Shown piece after piece: positions 63,788 to 64,000 of a stretch of DNA of 64,000 nucleotides. Source of the stretch: Spirochaetota bacterium (lineage in GTDB: Bacteria > Spirochaetota > UBA4802 > JAFGDQ01); contig JAZDKB010000018.1 of assembly GCA_043803405.1 (NCBI GenBank), positions 1 to 64,000 on the forward strand, given 5' to 3'. Under the pieces are notes generated by a model. That model was given only the letters and a program-made list of their open reading frames with translations, was not told the origin of the DNA and did no database searches. Made by a program: the position numbers and the translations under genes. Within the stretch, counting starts at the first letter, position 1. Each line of letters starts with the position of its first letter.

Positions 63788-64000
63788 GAATACCTCCAAA
63801 TAGAAACATTAATTTATAATGCTGTTTATTATGCTTTTCCAAATTTCTGGAAAGAATTGATTATTTGATTAAATCATTTAGCTTATGATTTATTAATATT
63901 TAATATAGTCAACTTAAAAAATTACTGCTTGATTTATGCTTCGTATAATAATAAATTTTATAAAATTTATAAATTCGCTTTGTATTTGACTATGTATACT

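Overview
Bacterial chromosomal window, most likely from a spirochaete (inferred from a LipL45-like FecR lipoprotein, FliG-like repeats and the gene neighbourhood). It spans the replication origin region: mnmG ... gyrA-gyrB-remB-dciA-recF-dnaN-dnaA on the minus strand, with gene orientation switching around 21-25 kb. Housekeeping genes include tRNA-Ala, coaE, pyrF, radA, glyA, galE, cutA, a cold-shock protein, an ADP-forming acyl-CoA ligase pair and adk. The most interesting part is an ~11.5 kb accessory block after radA (36.2-47.75 kb), bracketed by copies of a palindromic repeat that also flanks a GxxExxY nuclease-like gene. The block holds three tandem mosaic lipoproteins whose C-terminal domains look like diversity-generating retroelement (DGR) variable regions; no reverse transcriptase or template repeat is visible in the window. 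It also holds an ECF sigma/FecR/outer-membrane barrel/adhesin operon. The lipoprotein cassette and the sigma operon share a GGAAT-N15-CTACT promoter-like motif. The window also contains several families of palindromic repeats (some with compensatory stem changes, some in frame inside a 1463-aa ORF), decayed gene remnants, and a probable unwinding element with DnaA-trio-like TAG repeats displaced ~2.2 kb from dnaA. All calls come from reading the sequence by eye; no database searches were run.
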